From sequence record MT682711.1: DNA of 64,000 bases; one strand, given 5' to 3'. The position numbers and the translations under genes were made by a program. Of this stretch, positions 36,018 to 45,249 are shown one piece after another. The notes beneath the pieces were generated by a model. It was given only the letters and a program-made list of their open reading frames with translations, did not search any database and was not told the origin of the DNA. Source of the DNA: Escherichia phage vB_EcoM_FB. Every line of letters begins with the position of its first letter. The stretch's first letter is position 1.

Positions 36018-36546
36018 TTTGAACCTCTTTAGCATATTCGCGGCATTCTTTAATAAAACGATTAAGCTTGCGTTGCTGTTTACGACTTTCTAACGTGTAT
36101 TCGTCGGCCAAAACAATAAGCTCGTCTTTATCGTAATTTTTAATATCAGAGTAAGATGGACGACGGTCGACCATACCAAAATGGTCACCATTTTCTAACA
36201 TCAAATAACATACTAAATGATAATCATCATCTGCATTAGTAAGCTGCTTATAATCACTCGGTTCGTTTAAAGCATATACCGAATATCTTACTCCGGCGAA
36301 TTCCACTCGTTGAATAGCCAGATTTACGTCAATAATTTCTAAAGCTTCTGCAAAAGAAAGGTCTTCAGCTAAAGCAAAGATAAAGGGTAATTTAGTAGTA
36401 TAGCCACGGTTATTTGTTCTGCTTAAGAAATCGTTAGAATAACCTAGGTCCTGGCGAATTCTATAAAGAACCGCATTAGTTTCATGGGAAAGACCACTAT
36501 GCTTAAACCAATCAACATTTGATATCAGGTCATCATATAAACCCAT
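36010..36546 (-). CDS. hypothetical protein
   Basis: Start at ATG 36546 with GGAGGAGAGGAG upstream; ends ..FIKECREYAKEVQNV. Confidence 0.5.
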   Translation of the reverse strand: MGLYDDLISNVDWFKHSGLSHETNAVLYRIRQDLGYSNDFLSRTNNRGYTTKLPFIFALAEDLSFAEALEIIDVNLAIQRVEFAGVRYSVYALNEPSDYKQLTNADDDYHLVCYLMLENGDHFGMVDRRPSYSDIKNYDKDELIVLADEYTLESRKQQRKLNRFIKECREYAKEVQNV

Positions 36547-36569
36547 AATATTCTCCTCTCCTCCAAATG

Positions 36570-36587
36570 GGGAGACCGAAGTCTCCC
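36570..36587 (-). promoter_or_regulatory. intergenic UUCG-tetraloop stem-loop
   Basis: Minus-sense GGGAGAC-UUCG-GUCUCCC, no U-tract; sits between a stop and the next SD. Confidence 0.35.
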
Positions 36588-36595
36588 GGGTAACA

Positions 36596-37189
36596 TTACT
36601 TAAGTGAATTGATGTAGTCGTCGATATCAGCAGAAGTCGTATCCATTCCAACTTGTGGGCCTTTAAACGTTTCTACACGCATCAAGGTATCTTCAATATC
36701 AATCTTAGTCAGTGCAGCGATTTCAACAACATCATCGGCAGTAGCAATACCAAGGGCAGCCATATTACGAGTTTCACGGATATACTCGAGCTTAACGGCT
36801 AGTTCCTGACGAGAGTCATCAAGTTCCTTGACCTTAAGCTTAATTTCATTACGCATTTCAACATAATCATCAGCTTTCTTACGAAGTTGAGTAGCCGTAC
36901 GACGATAAAGGAGGCCCAGTTTAGCATGCACCTGAACATCGGCGCCTTCTTTAATCAGCTTACGAATTTCACGTTCTTTAGAACTAGCCAGTTGGTCCTT
37001 TTCATTAGCGAGTTCACGAATACGTTTTTCTTCATTCACAGACTTAACATGGGCAGTCTGGAGCTCAGTGATTTTATCAATCAGAGTAGAAGCAGCTTTA
37101 GTATACTGGTCTTCGATTGACAGGTTCTGAGCCATTGCGGTACCCAGTTTAGAACGGATGAATTCAACGATTTTCTTTAAAGTGTTCAT
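36596..37189 (-). CDS. coiled-coil protein
   Basis: 197 aa, mostly heptad-like charged helix. Confidence 0.5.
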   Translation of the reverse strand: MNTLKKIVEFIRSKLGTAMAQNLSIEDQYTKAASTLIDKITELQTAHVKSVNEEKRIRELANEKDQLASSKEREIRKLIKEGADVQVHAKLGLLYRRTATQLRKKADDYVEMRNEIKLKVKELDDSRQELAVKLEYIRETRNMAALGIATADDVVEIAALTKIDIEDTLMRVETFKGPQVGMDTTSADIDDYINSLK

Positions 37190-37231
37190 AGTATTTCCTT
37201 CAGTTGGTTAAGATTTATAATCCATGAGGAC

Positions 37232-37261
37232 ATTATACCCTGTCCTCTGAGGTTTGTAAAC
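37232..37261 (-). promoter_or_regulatory. sigma70-type early promoter candidate
   Basis: Minus strand GTTTACA, 17 nt, TATAAT; inverted repeat GAGGACAG/CTGTCCTC flanks the -10. Confidence 0.55.
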
Positions 37262-37264
37262 ATT

Positions 37265-37663
37265 TTATTTCATTTTTGCGAGGCAAATTTCATTGGCTTC
37301 CCATTGAGCTTGCTTAATAATAGCTTTGGATACAGGAGCCCTTTGGCCATAAGTTTTTGACGTTGAGAGAACAATACATTTGTTTGCCTCATTATGCCAG
37401 CCCCGTGATTTTTCGCCATGAGTACCTTTAACTACAGCTGACACCTCAACAGAGCAACCACCATCAGAAATCTTGGTTTCGACAATCCATTCATTTCTTT
37501 CGACAGCTTCAAGTTCTAATCTAGTTTTTTCTTCATACATGGCGGCCCAATCAGTTTTTGCCAGGTTGAAAGTGAGAGCTTTCTCCAATTCTTTGGCAGC
37601 TTTTTGTTGTTCAGGCGTTAATGAATTGTACAACTCTTGCATTTCTTTATCTTCGATATTCAT
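37265..37663 (-). CDS. hypothetical protein
   Basis: 132-codon ATG ORF. Confidence 0.5.
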   Translation of the reverse strand: MNIEDKEMQELYNSLTPEQQKAAKELEKALTFNLAKTDWAAMYEEKTRLELEAVERNEWIVETKISDGGCSVEVSAVVKGTHGEKSRGWHNEANKCIVLSTSKTYGQRAPVSKAIIKQAQWEANEICLAKMK

Positions 37664-37720
37664 TATGTTCTCCTCAAATTATGGGCTCATAATATCTTAA
37701 TCATGAGCCCATGTAAACAA

Positions 37721-37984
37721 TTATTTCATATTATTGAAATAATCTTCCGCATCAAAATCGTTATCATGATAAACTTTGGTAGACGATTTAGCATAACCTT
37801 CAGCTGAGAACATATTAACCACAACCTTAATTGTATACCATTGTCCGTCTTCATTACCCATTACAGCATACGTTTCATATACCGGATGTTCAGGACCGAT
37901 AACCTTAATATCGTTAACAGTAGCACCAAATTCTTCAGGAACGCATTTCATAAAGAAATTAAACAATTCACCGTAATTATCCAT
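37721..37984 (-). CDS. hypothetical protein
   Basis: Track start GTG; ATG at 37984 with AAGGAG upstream. Confidence 0.45.
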   Translation of the reverse strand: MDNYGELFNFFMKCVPEEFGATVNDIKVIGPEHPVYETYAVMGNEDGQWYTIKVVVNMFSAEGYAKSSTKVYHDNDFDAEDYFNNMK

Positions 37985-38008
37985 TTTACTCTCCTTCACT
38001 CTGTTGTT

Positions 38009-38048
38009 TTGATAGGTCTATAGTATCATGTTTAAAGGAGGTGTAAAC
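38009..38048 (-). promoter_or_regulatory. early promoter-hairpin cassette (PeSL-like)
   Basis: TTGATAGGTCTATAGTATCA..TGTAAAC. Confidence 0.5.
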
Positions 38049-38071
38049 ATCTTTTTAAACTTTTTAGAAAC

Positions 38072-38099
38072 AAAAAAGGCCCAACCTTTCGGAAGGGCC
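38072..38099 (-). terminator. rho-independent terminator candidate closing the tRNA region
   Basis: GGCCC..GGGCC hairpin followed on the minus strand by six U. Confidence 0.5.
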
Positions 38100-38149
38100 T
38101 TTAACCTAGGGTAACCTTGTCGGGGTTTCACCTGCTAGGCAAGTGTTTG

Positions 38150-38240
38150 TACGATACGCCGGGATTCGAACCCGGTTATTAAGTAGTTGACGCTACTTAA
38201 TATTTTAAAAGGCCATATCTCGACCATATCCGAACGTTCC
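38150..38240 (-). ncRNA. structured small RNA candidate with tRNA-like T-arm
   Basis: Minus-sense GGTTCGAATCC T-loop between CCGGG/CCCGG and a 9-bp hairpin; no canonical acceptor pairing found. Confidence 0.25.
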
Positions 38241-38409
38241 GTCAAAAACGCTACTCGGCTTACGGCAAAGATATTTCCTCGAATCGATAATTCTGTGCGC
38301 CGTTTAAGCTGTGATATAAGGGGTCATTAACAAAACATAAAGATTTATTAATGTCGGTCCTTAAACAGGGAACTTCAGTCCGACGACTTACCGGTAGCGA
38401 CCCGGTTTC

Positions 38410-38760
38410 TTAATATTCTTTTAAAGAATCAATATATTCACGGCGTTTACGCCACAAATCAATTGCTTCATACGCGGATTCAGCATTTCGAATTAGCCGG
38501 CATTTATGTAAAGACTTATGATTTTGATATTGTGTAGATAACGGAATTGTATCTAAAAGGTCTTTACGATCAAAATATTCGTAACCATCTAAACCAAATG
38601 AACGATTTTTGAGAAATTGCCAATGACCATATTCGTTTTCGACATAAACATAATCTGCATGCTGATAAAGCAAATTAATTACACGTTCAGAAATAACAGT
38701 ATCATTATGATTAAAATAGAATGTTAAATCATGAACTACTAAATAAACATTACCTTTCAT
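38410..38760 (-). CDS. hypothetical protein
   Basis: 116-codon ATG ORF with GAGGAA upstream, inside the tRNA cluster. Confidence 0.45.
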   Translation of the reverse strand: MKGNVYLVVHDLTFYFNHNDTVISERVINLLYQHADYVYVENEYGHWQFLKNRSFGLDGYEYFDRKDLLDTIPLSTQYQNHKSLHKCRLIRNAESAYEAIDLWRKRREYIDSLKEY

Positions 38761-38778
38761 ATTTTCCTCACTTATAAT

Positions 38779-38854
38779 TGGTCGAGGCAGTAGGGATCGA
38801 ACCTACGACCTAGGACTTAGAAGGTCCTTGCTCTTCCTTCTGAGCTATGCCCCG
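38779..38854 (-). tRNA. tRNA-Arg (anticodon UCU), CCA encoded
   Basis: 76 nt cloverleaf folded by hand: 7-bp acceptor with one G-U, GG in D-loop, anticodon loop CUUCUAA, T-loop TTCGATC. Confidence 0.8.
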
Positions 38855-38857
38855 TAA

Positions 38858-39490
38858 TTAAAATTTCATTTTTCGACCTTTAAACCATCCTTCTGGAATT
38901 GGGTCAGTTTTCTTAATACGTTTAGAAACTTTTTCATCTAATGAATGAATCCACATCATACCAAATTGGGAATTCTTTTCGCCCTGTTGATGTTTATTTC
39001 TGGCGTGAGATTCTTTCATTTTATTAATAGTTTCAGGAGTATGATGCTTATTTAAAAATCTGCTATTATTTAAAAATTTTTCCCTGTATTCAGGAGTTGA
39101 CCACAAGCGTTTAAATACATTTGAACCATGTTTACGATATTTTTCTTGAAGTAAAATATCACTTTTAAAACGTGACTTAAACGATTTAGCTCCTTTTAAA
39201 CTAGCGTCTTTCTTCTGGTTTAGCATCCCAGGAATATTTATATGGTCCCAACCACCTTCACCACCTAATTTCAAATTATAAACATCAGGGCGCTTTAAAA
39301 ACTCTTCAGTCACAATATTCTTTTCTGACTCAAACATAGAGGTTTTATCGTCAAAGAACTCTCTAATATTTCTTTAGAAAAATTTTCTATACCATACTTA
39401 TCTTGGGCTCTTTTTAATAATTTACCAGAACCCATATATCCATCATCTAAATTTTCGGTAGAATGAGCGCCTATATAGATTTTTATTATT
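38858..39490 (-). pseudogene. decayed GIY-YIG (Seg-like) homing endonuclease gene
   Basis: Upstream frame encodes ..[23 protein letters not shown] with no ATG, stop immediately upstream; downstream 159-codon frame continues the homology after a frameshift at GAGAG. Confidence 0.6.
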
Positions 39491-39567
39491 AATTTTATTT
39501 GTTATTTTATAAATGTAATGGAACATAAATATCTCCTATTTCTAAGAGTATTTATGTTCCCAAAATA

Positions 39568-39638
39568 TGGCCCTGGGTGGAATCGAACCACCATCCAGCG
39601 ATTATGAGTCGCTCGCTTGACCGTCCAGCTACAGGGCC
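39568..39638 (-). tRNA. tRNA with CAU anticodon (Met or Ile2 type), CCA not encoded
   Basis: 71 nt: perfect 7-bp acceptor GGCCCTG/CAGGGCC, anticodon loop CTCATAA, T-arm GGTGG-TTCGATT-CCACC. Confidence 0.7.
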
Positions 39639-39699
39639 TTAATTCTATTATGAAAGGCTCTTTGAGGGAAGAACCTTTGGTAATAGAGGGTACTTATTA

Positions 39700-39724
39700 A
39701 TAATAACACACAACTCTTAAAGCA
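39700..39724 (-). promoter_or_regulatory. MotA-box middle promoter candidate upstream of the tRNA cluster
   Basis: Minus strand TGCTTTA, 12 nt, TATTAT. Confidence 0.45.
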
Positions 39725-39733
39725 TATTACTTG

Positions 39734-40114
39734 TTAACCTTCATCAACAATAGTGTGGGTATTGGCATTAACAATTTGCCACCAGTCGAAACGATTAGAA
39801 CCGTATTGAGGCTTATTCTCGTTTTCTTTAATGATATCACGCAGTTCATCTTCAGTCGCGGCCTTTGCGATTAAGTCGGCATAACCGCCACGGGGATAAT
39901 AGTTATCACCAGCAAAGAGTAAAAAGTTTGTTTTAATATTCTTGAATTCTTCAAGAGTAATAACTGTTCCAGATGGTTGGACAATATCTACGTAACTATA
40001 TCCTAATTTCTGGGCTTCATTTACTGCTTCAAGCAGGGTGTCATGGGCCCATCCAATTTGACAATCCGGTTTTTCAGATGGGTTGGCTTGATAATCTGCG
40101 TACACTTTATACAT
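39734..40114 (-). CDS. hypothetical protein
   Basis: Start at ATG 40114 with AGGTGA upstream. Confidence 0.45.
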   Translation of the reverse strand: MYKVYADYQANPSEKPDCQIGWAHDTLLEAVNEAQKLGYSYVDIVQPSGTVITLEEFKNIKTNFLLFAGDNYYPRGGYADLIAKAATEDELRDIIKENENKPQYGSNRFDWWQIVNANTHTIVDEG

Positions 40115-40115
40115 T

Positions 40116-40301
40116 TTACTCACCTTTAGAGATTTTATCCATAACGAAAGAGATTGAACCAATTAAAAATGCCACTACTAAAGAGATTGTATTCTCAGAA
40201 GTTGTAAGCAAATCCAACATGAATCCTGCAAACATACTAAAACTAAAAGTGGTAATAGCAATAAGGGCAGTAGCATTTCTAATTAATTCACAACGTTTCA
40301 T
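40116..40301 (-). CDS. small membrane protein
   Basis: Track start TTG; ATG at 40301 with GGAG upstream. Confidence 0.4.
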   Translation of the reverse strand: MKRCELIRNATALIAITTFSFSMFAGFMLDLLTTSENTISLVVAFLIGSISFVMDKISKGE

Positions 40302-40326
40302 TTTATTCTCCAATCACTCATTTGTT

Positions 40327-40367
40327 TTGATAGGGCTATAGTATCATCACTAAAGCCCGTTGTAAAC
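40327..40367 (-). promoter_or_regulatory. early promoter-hairpin cassette (PeSL-like)
   Basis: TTGATAGGGCTATAGTATCA..TGTAAAC. Confidence 0.5.
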
Positions 40368-40369
40368 AA

Positions 40370-40630
40370 TTATTTTAGATAAATTGCATATTTTTTATAG
40401 CCAGCTGTCTCGTGGCGCAACCCTTTGTCATTAGCAAAGCGTTCAATATTATTAATTTGGTTTTGGTCGAGTTCTGAAATATCAAATACAAAAAAGTTTC
40501 TCTTATTGCCTAAAGTTACGTGATTAGTCAAATCGATGTTATAGAGATGATTTATATTATCAATCACGGTCTTAACAGATTTGTTAATTTTTACTTCCTC
40601 ATTAAGAATAAATTCTTGATAAGTTTTCAT
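40370..40630 (-). CDS. internal-protein-like gene (IPI position) with capsid-targeting leader
   Basis: N-terminus MKTYQEFILNE; 86 aa. Confidence 0.55.
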   Translation of the reverse strand: MKTYQEFILNEEVKINKSVKTVIDNINHLYNIDLTNHVTLGNKRNFFVFDISELDQNQINNIERFANDKGLRHETAGYKKYAIYLK

Positions 40631-40656
40631 TTTGGGTTCCGTTTGGTTAGTTTGTT

Positions 40657-40696
40657 TTGATAGGTCTATAGTATCATATTTATAGACCTTGTAAAC
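40657..40696 (-). promoter_or_regulatory. early promoter-hairpin cassette (PeSL-like)
   Basis: TTGATAGGTCTATAGTATCATATTTATAGACC..TGTAAAC. Confidence 0.5.
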
Positions 40697-40703
40697 AACT
40701 TTT

Positions 40704-41381
<678 letters not shown>

Positions 41382-41389
<8 letters not shown>

Positions 41390-42143
41390 TTTTATTTCCT
41401 AATAATTTATCAATAGTAGTGTATAGTTCAGAAAGGGTTCCGTTATTTTCAACAACAACGTCACCAGGTAAAATTGGTAGACCCGCTTCAGTAATGTGCG
41501 AGTCTTGTACTTGACCGGTATCAGCGCGAACTACATGAATAATCGTAGCACCCATCGCCCTGAGCGAATCAATTTCATGTGTTTGACGAACATCAGGTAC
41601 GACATAGTATTTCGCATCAGAGTATATTTTATCAAAATAGTCTAAAGCGAATAACTTAACCCAATACATTTTATCAAATCGGTTAACAATAATATCAGTC
41701 CCAAGGGTCTGCATGAGACGACGTACTGACCAATTGTTATTTTTATTTATTACTTCAAACAGTTGGTCTTTTGTTTCTTCAGACAGATACTGGACTGGGG
41801 TAAGACCATAATGATATGCGGTACGAACATCCATTCCTGGAATAGGAAGGATATTATTCAGTTTGACAATAGCATTTTCAAAGATATCAATCACATCATA
41901 TGGTTTTAAAGGAATGATTTCTTCACGGTCGTAACCGATACCTTCAAAACAGTTAAAATCTAGTTTAGGCATGTAACTACGGTCGAATACAGGGTCATCA
42001 GAGATGTATTCATAGGCTTCAGCCAGATACTTTTTAATAGGACCTGCGAGCTGAAATTTTACCGAATCCATATTTTCGATTACATAGTTAGCAACGGTAT
42101 CCTTACCGCTACGTTTGATTCCTACAATTGATATTAGTTTCAT
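41382..42143 (-). CDS. 1: dNMP kinase gp1
   Basis: MKLISIVGIKRSGKDT P-loop N-terminus; T4 position. Confidence 0.85.
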
Positions 42144-42733
42144 TATTTTCTCATAGATGGATGCATAGACATACGAGCCACTCGTTGTTCGGCATACGAA
42201 TCAATTTGTGGACGACCTGTAACTATTGTACCATCTATTTCTACAGCAAACGATTTGAAGTTGAATGTTGCTGTGGCGATTATCGCCGGGTCAGAATCCT
42301 CTTTATAAGAGTACTGGATTTCCGAGAGGTCGGATGGCCAACCACCGTAGTAATGAATGCTCATTACGATTTTCTGTTTGTTGTTATCAAGGATGTGGAG
42401 GGTGATAGCTTCCGGTTGACCTTTAGGATGCCAGGCTTCTGAATCATGGGTTACATAGTTGTTTAATGACAACATCCACTTATAAACGTCAAGCCACGAT
42501 TTCAATTCACGGTCCACAAGAAAGTTCACAATCAATGGGTCGAATTCTACAGTAGAACCTGGCAGCTTAGCACGATGTATACCCTGGGTCGATCCTGGGA
42601 CGTCTGAGACCGGAATATGGATACCAGGTAGTGTTACATCTTGCACGTTTAATTTGAATGCCTGCGTCATTCCTGCGTCACTAACCTCTAAGATAAAGTT
42701 AGTAGTGTTAGTTTGGTTAAATAAACCGTTCAT
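42143..42733 (-). CDS. 3: tail completion / sheath stabiliser gp3 (by position)
   Basis: 196-codon ORF between genes 1 and 2. Confidence 0.55.
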   Translation of the reverse strand: MNGLFNQTNTTNFILEVSDAGMTQAFKLNVQDVTLPGIHIPVSDVPGSTQGIHRAKLPGSTVEFDPLIVNFLVDRELKSWLDVYKWMLSLNNYVTHDSEAWHPKGQPEAITLHILDNNKQKIVMSIHYYGGWPSDLSEIQYSYKEDSDPAIIATATFNFKSFAVEIDGTIVTGRPQIDSYAEQRVARMSMHPSMRK

Positions 42734-42815
42734 AGGGTTCCTATATTGCTTAAGTCCTAGCCAGTGTATAATGGTCCTAGGTCTGTTCCATTCAATAACT
42801 GGCTGGGATAATAGA

Positions 42816-43643
42816 TTAAGAATTCTTCCATACTTTCTGAGCTGAGTAACGCTTACCTTTAGACATGAACTGTTGGAGAGGCATCATTACGACATTAGCC
42901 CAATCAGATGGTTTTATCTCTACTAAAGGTCCCTTAATATTTCCAGGGATATAAGCCTTAATCATCACGTCGGCGCCAGCGAATCCTTTTACCTTACTCC
43001 AATCGATTTTTAATTTAGTCGAGTTCGTAATGGTAGGCGTACTCGCGTATTGCTTCAGCAATTCTTCCAGAAATTGTTGTCGTGCTTTAGGTGGGATATA
43101 GTGTAAGTTCAGCCCGTACATTAAATTATGCTTACCTAGCCCAAGATAAATGATTAATGGATATTTGTCCCAGTACGGTAGGGTATCCTTATGTTTGGCA
43201 TCATAGATATACGCATAAAGCTTACCAGGAGATGGTTTAGATACCTGGTGCCCACGAATTCCTTTCTTTAATGTTTCTGTAAACCATTTAGCCGATTTAT
43301 TGTTTACAGCGGCGCCCTCGTTAGCAATCTTATCACGAATACTCTTTCTAAAACTATTCACCAAAATTAATTGACGTTCTGCTTTGGTTAATTTATTGCC
43401 AGGTTTCTTCTGAAGTTTTTCAACCTGTACAGCAGTTTTAATTCGACTCGAGTATCGAGACATCGCAGATGTAAAGCTAGAATACTTGATGCCTTTATCT
43501 TCAGCGAATTTCTTAGCCGAAACACCTTTAGCCTTAGCGTTGGCATATTCAACGCCTAAAGTTATCCATTGTTGTTCTGAACGAGTAGGCTTGGAACCTT
43601 TTGTAGTTTCAGTAGCCTCGTTGATGTAAGAAAATATACTCAT
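42816..43643 (-). CDS. 2: DNA end protector gp2 (by position and size)
   Basis: Start at ATG 43643 forming ATGA overlap with gene 4 stop. Confidence 0.6.
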   Translation of the reverse strand: MSIFSYINEATETTKGSKPTRSEQQWITLGVEYANAKAKGVSAKKFAEDKGIKYSSFTSAMSRYSSRIKTAVQVEKLQKKPGNKLTKAERQLILVNSFRKSIRDKIANEGAAVNNKSAKWFTETLKKGIRGHQVSKPSPGKLYAYIYDAKHKDTLPYWDKYPLIIYLGLGKHNLMYGLNLHYIPPKARQQFLEELLKQYASTPTITNSTKLKIDWSKVKGFAGADVMIKAYIPGNIKGPLVEIKPSDWANVVMMPLQQFMSKGKRYSAQKVWKNS

Positions 43644-44089
43644 CCTTTCCATCCTAATTTTTTCAGTGAGTTTTCGGTAATCAATCTGAAATTAATTCCC
43701 ATTTTATCTGCTGTAGCTTTAGCAGCTTTCCATTTATCTTTATTTACACTCCATGTATAATGTTCGTTGATATATCTCTTTTTAGCAGCTGTAGTCATTT
43801 TAGCAGGCGCCGCTGGAGGATGGGTCTCTTTAAAAGGTTTGACTTCGAAAAAGAATTGTTGACCATTGTCGAACTTCACCCAGAAGTCCATAAAATACCG
43901 ACGTTTCTTTCCATCAGCGTTACTAAAATATGGAATCACAACCTCTTCCGAGTTCCACTGGACGACATTAGGATGGTTGTCAAGCCAACGCATAAGCCAT
44001 GCTTCCCAAGAGGAACGATATTGGATTTTCTTCCAATCACCTTTATATTTTTGTAAGTTTGTAGGTTTAAATTTCCCTGAGTAGGCCAT
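43640..44089 (-). CDS. 4: head completion protein gp4
   Basis: MAYSGKF.. N-terminus and 149 aa as recalled for T4 gp4. Confidence 0.75.
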   Translation of the reverse strand: MAYSGKFKPTNLQKYKGDWKKIQYRSSWEAWLMRWLDNHPNVVQWNSEEVVIPYFSNADGKKRRYFMDFWVKFDNGQQFFFEVKPFKETHPPAAPAKMTTAAKKRYINEHYTWSVNKDKWKAAKATADKMGINFRLITENSLKKLGWKG

Positions 44090-44099
44090 AGTGCCTCCT

Positions 44100-44107
44100 T
44101 ATAAATA
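44100..44107 (+). promoter_or_regulatory. late promoter TATAAATA for gene 53
   Basis: Exact TATAAATA 28 nt upstream of gene 53 ATG, GGAGG SD between. Confidence 0.65.
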
Positions 44108-44114
44108 TTAATAT

Positions 44115-44122
44115 TATTTATA
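44115..44122 (-). promoter_or_regulatory. late promoter TATAAATA for gene 4
   Basis: Exact TATAAATA on minus strand; the two boxes sit inside a 9-bp inverted repeat AGTGCCTCC/GGAGGCACT. Confidence 0.6.
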
Positions 44123-44134
44123 CTCGGAGGCACT

Positions 44135-44737
44135 ATGCTCTTCTCATTTTTCGATCCTATAAATTACGAATCAAAAACAGTCAAGCCAGATTCCGGCTCA
44201 TTAACTGATGCCGATGTACTGAGCGTACCGATGACTGATATATTTAGAAACTATAAAGAATATTTTGATAAAGTGGCTAAAAATTATACACTTAAAACAT
44301 ATTATATCAGTGGGGCCCCTCGTCCAGAAGAATTAGCCCATCAACTTTATGGTAACGTGCAATTATATTGGATCCTTTTAATGTGTAACAATATCTATGA
44401 CCCTTATTACGGCTGGATTACAGGCCAAGAATCTGCGTATCAAGCAGCTATTCAACGTTATGCTACTGCAGGCGGAAACCAAGTCCTTTATCATGTCAAT
44501 GAAAAGGGTGAGAAATTCTGGAATCTAGTAAATACTCCGGAAAATCCTTATACTTGGTACGATAAAGGTGATACAGAAAAACGTTATCCTCAATATGAAG
44601 GTCCTTTGGCTGCAGTAGATATTTACGAGGACGCCATTCGTAAAAATGAATATAAGCGCGAAATAAAGATTATAGACCCTAATGACATCGAGTCCTTTGT
44701 TTCCGCTTTAATTAGAGAAATGGAGAAGTCACTCTAA
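44135..44737 (+). CDS. 53: baseplate wedge protein gp53
   Basis: MLFSFFDPINYESKTV.. N-terminus and 200 aa as recalled for T4 gp53. Confidence 0.8.
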   Translation: MLFSFFDPINYESKTVKPDSGSLTDADVLSVPMTDIFRNYKEYFDKVAKNYTLKTYYISGAPRPEELAHQLYGNVQLYWILLMCNNIYDPYYGWITGQESAYQAAIQRYATAGGNQVLYHVNEKGEKFWNLVNTPENPYTWYDKGDTEKRYPQYEGPLAAVDIYEDAIRKNEYKREIKIIDPNDIESFVSALIREMEKSL

Positions 44738-45249
44738 TGTTTTATTACGTCTATAAAATAACCAATATAATTAATGGTAAATTTTATATCGGTGCTCATA
44801 GTACATCAAATATGGATGACGGTTATATGGGCTCAGGTAAATTAATTAAACGCGCTATACTAAAATACGGCATTGAAAATTTCAAAAAAGAAATATTAAA
44901 ATTTGTTGATTCTAAAAAAGAAATGTATGAACTCGAAAAAGAACTTGTTGTCCTTACTGAAAATTCATACAATTTAAAACCGGGCGGTTCCGGTGGGTTT
45001 TTAAAACATGATAACTTTAAAGGCAGGTCCCATAGTCAGAAAACCAAAGATATTATGAGCGCTAATAACTCAGGCAAAAACAATCCTATGTATGGTAGAA
45101 AACGAGACCAACACGGAGAAAAAGCACCTAATTATGGTAAAAAGTGCTCTGAGGCTAAAAGAAAATTACTTTCTGAAAAATCTAAATCCTATTTTGAAAA
45201 CCTTCAAACCATAACTAAAAAATCTCGGCTTTGGTCCTACATCGGTTGA
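44737..45249 (+). CDS. GIY-YIG homing endonuclease (Seg-like)
   Basis: FYYVYKITNIINGKFYIGAHS GIY-YIG motif, [14 protein letters not shown]-like Gly/Lys repeats. Confidence 0.8.
   Translation: MFYYVYKITNIINGKFYIGAHSTSNMDDGYMGSGKLIKRAILKYGIENFKKEILKFVDSKKEMYELEKELVVLTENSYNLKPGGSGGFLKHDNFKGRSHSQKTKDIMSANNSGKNNPMYGRKRDQHGEKAPNYGKKCSEAKRKLLSEKSKSYFENLQTITKKSRLWSYIG

Noticed and set aside
38151-38175. Canonical tRNA at the GGTTCGAATCC T-loop
   Set aside because: No 7-bp acceptor partner for the 3-prime strand could be found by hand, so it is reported only as a low-confidence structured RNA.
9568-40696. CRISPR array interpretation of the repeated TTGATAGGTCTATAGTATCA core
   Set aside because: Copies are 0.3-7 kb apart, always intergenic, always adjacent to a -35-like GTTTACA and an SD, and separated by genes rather than short spacers.
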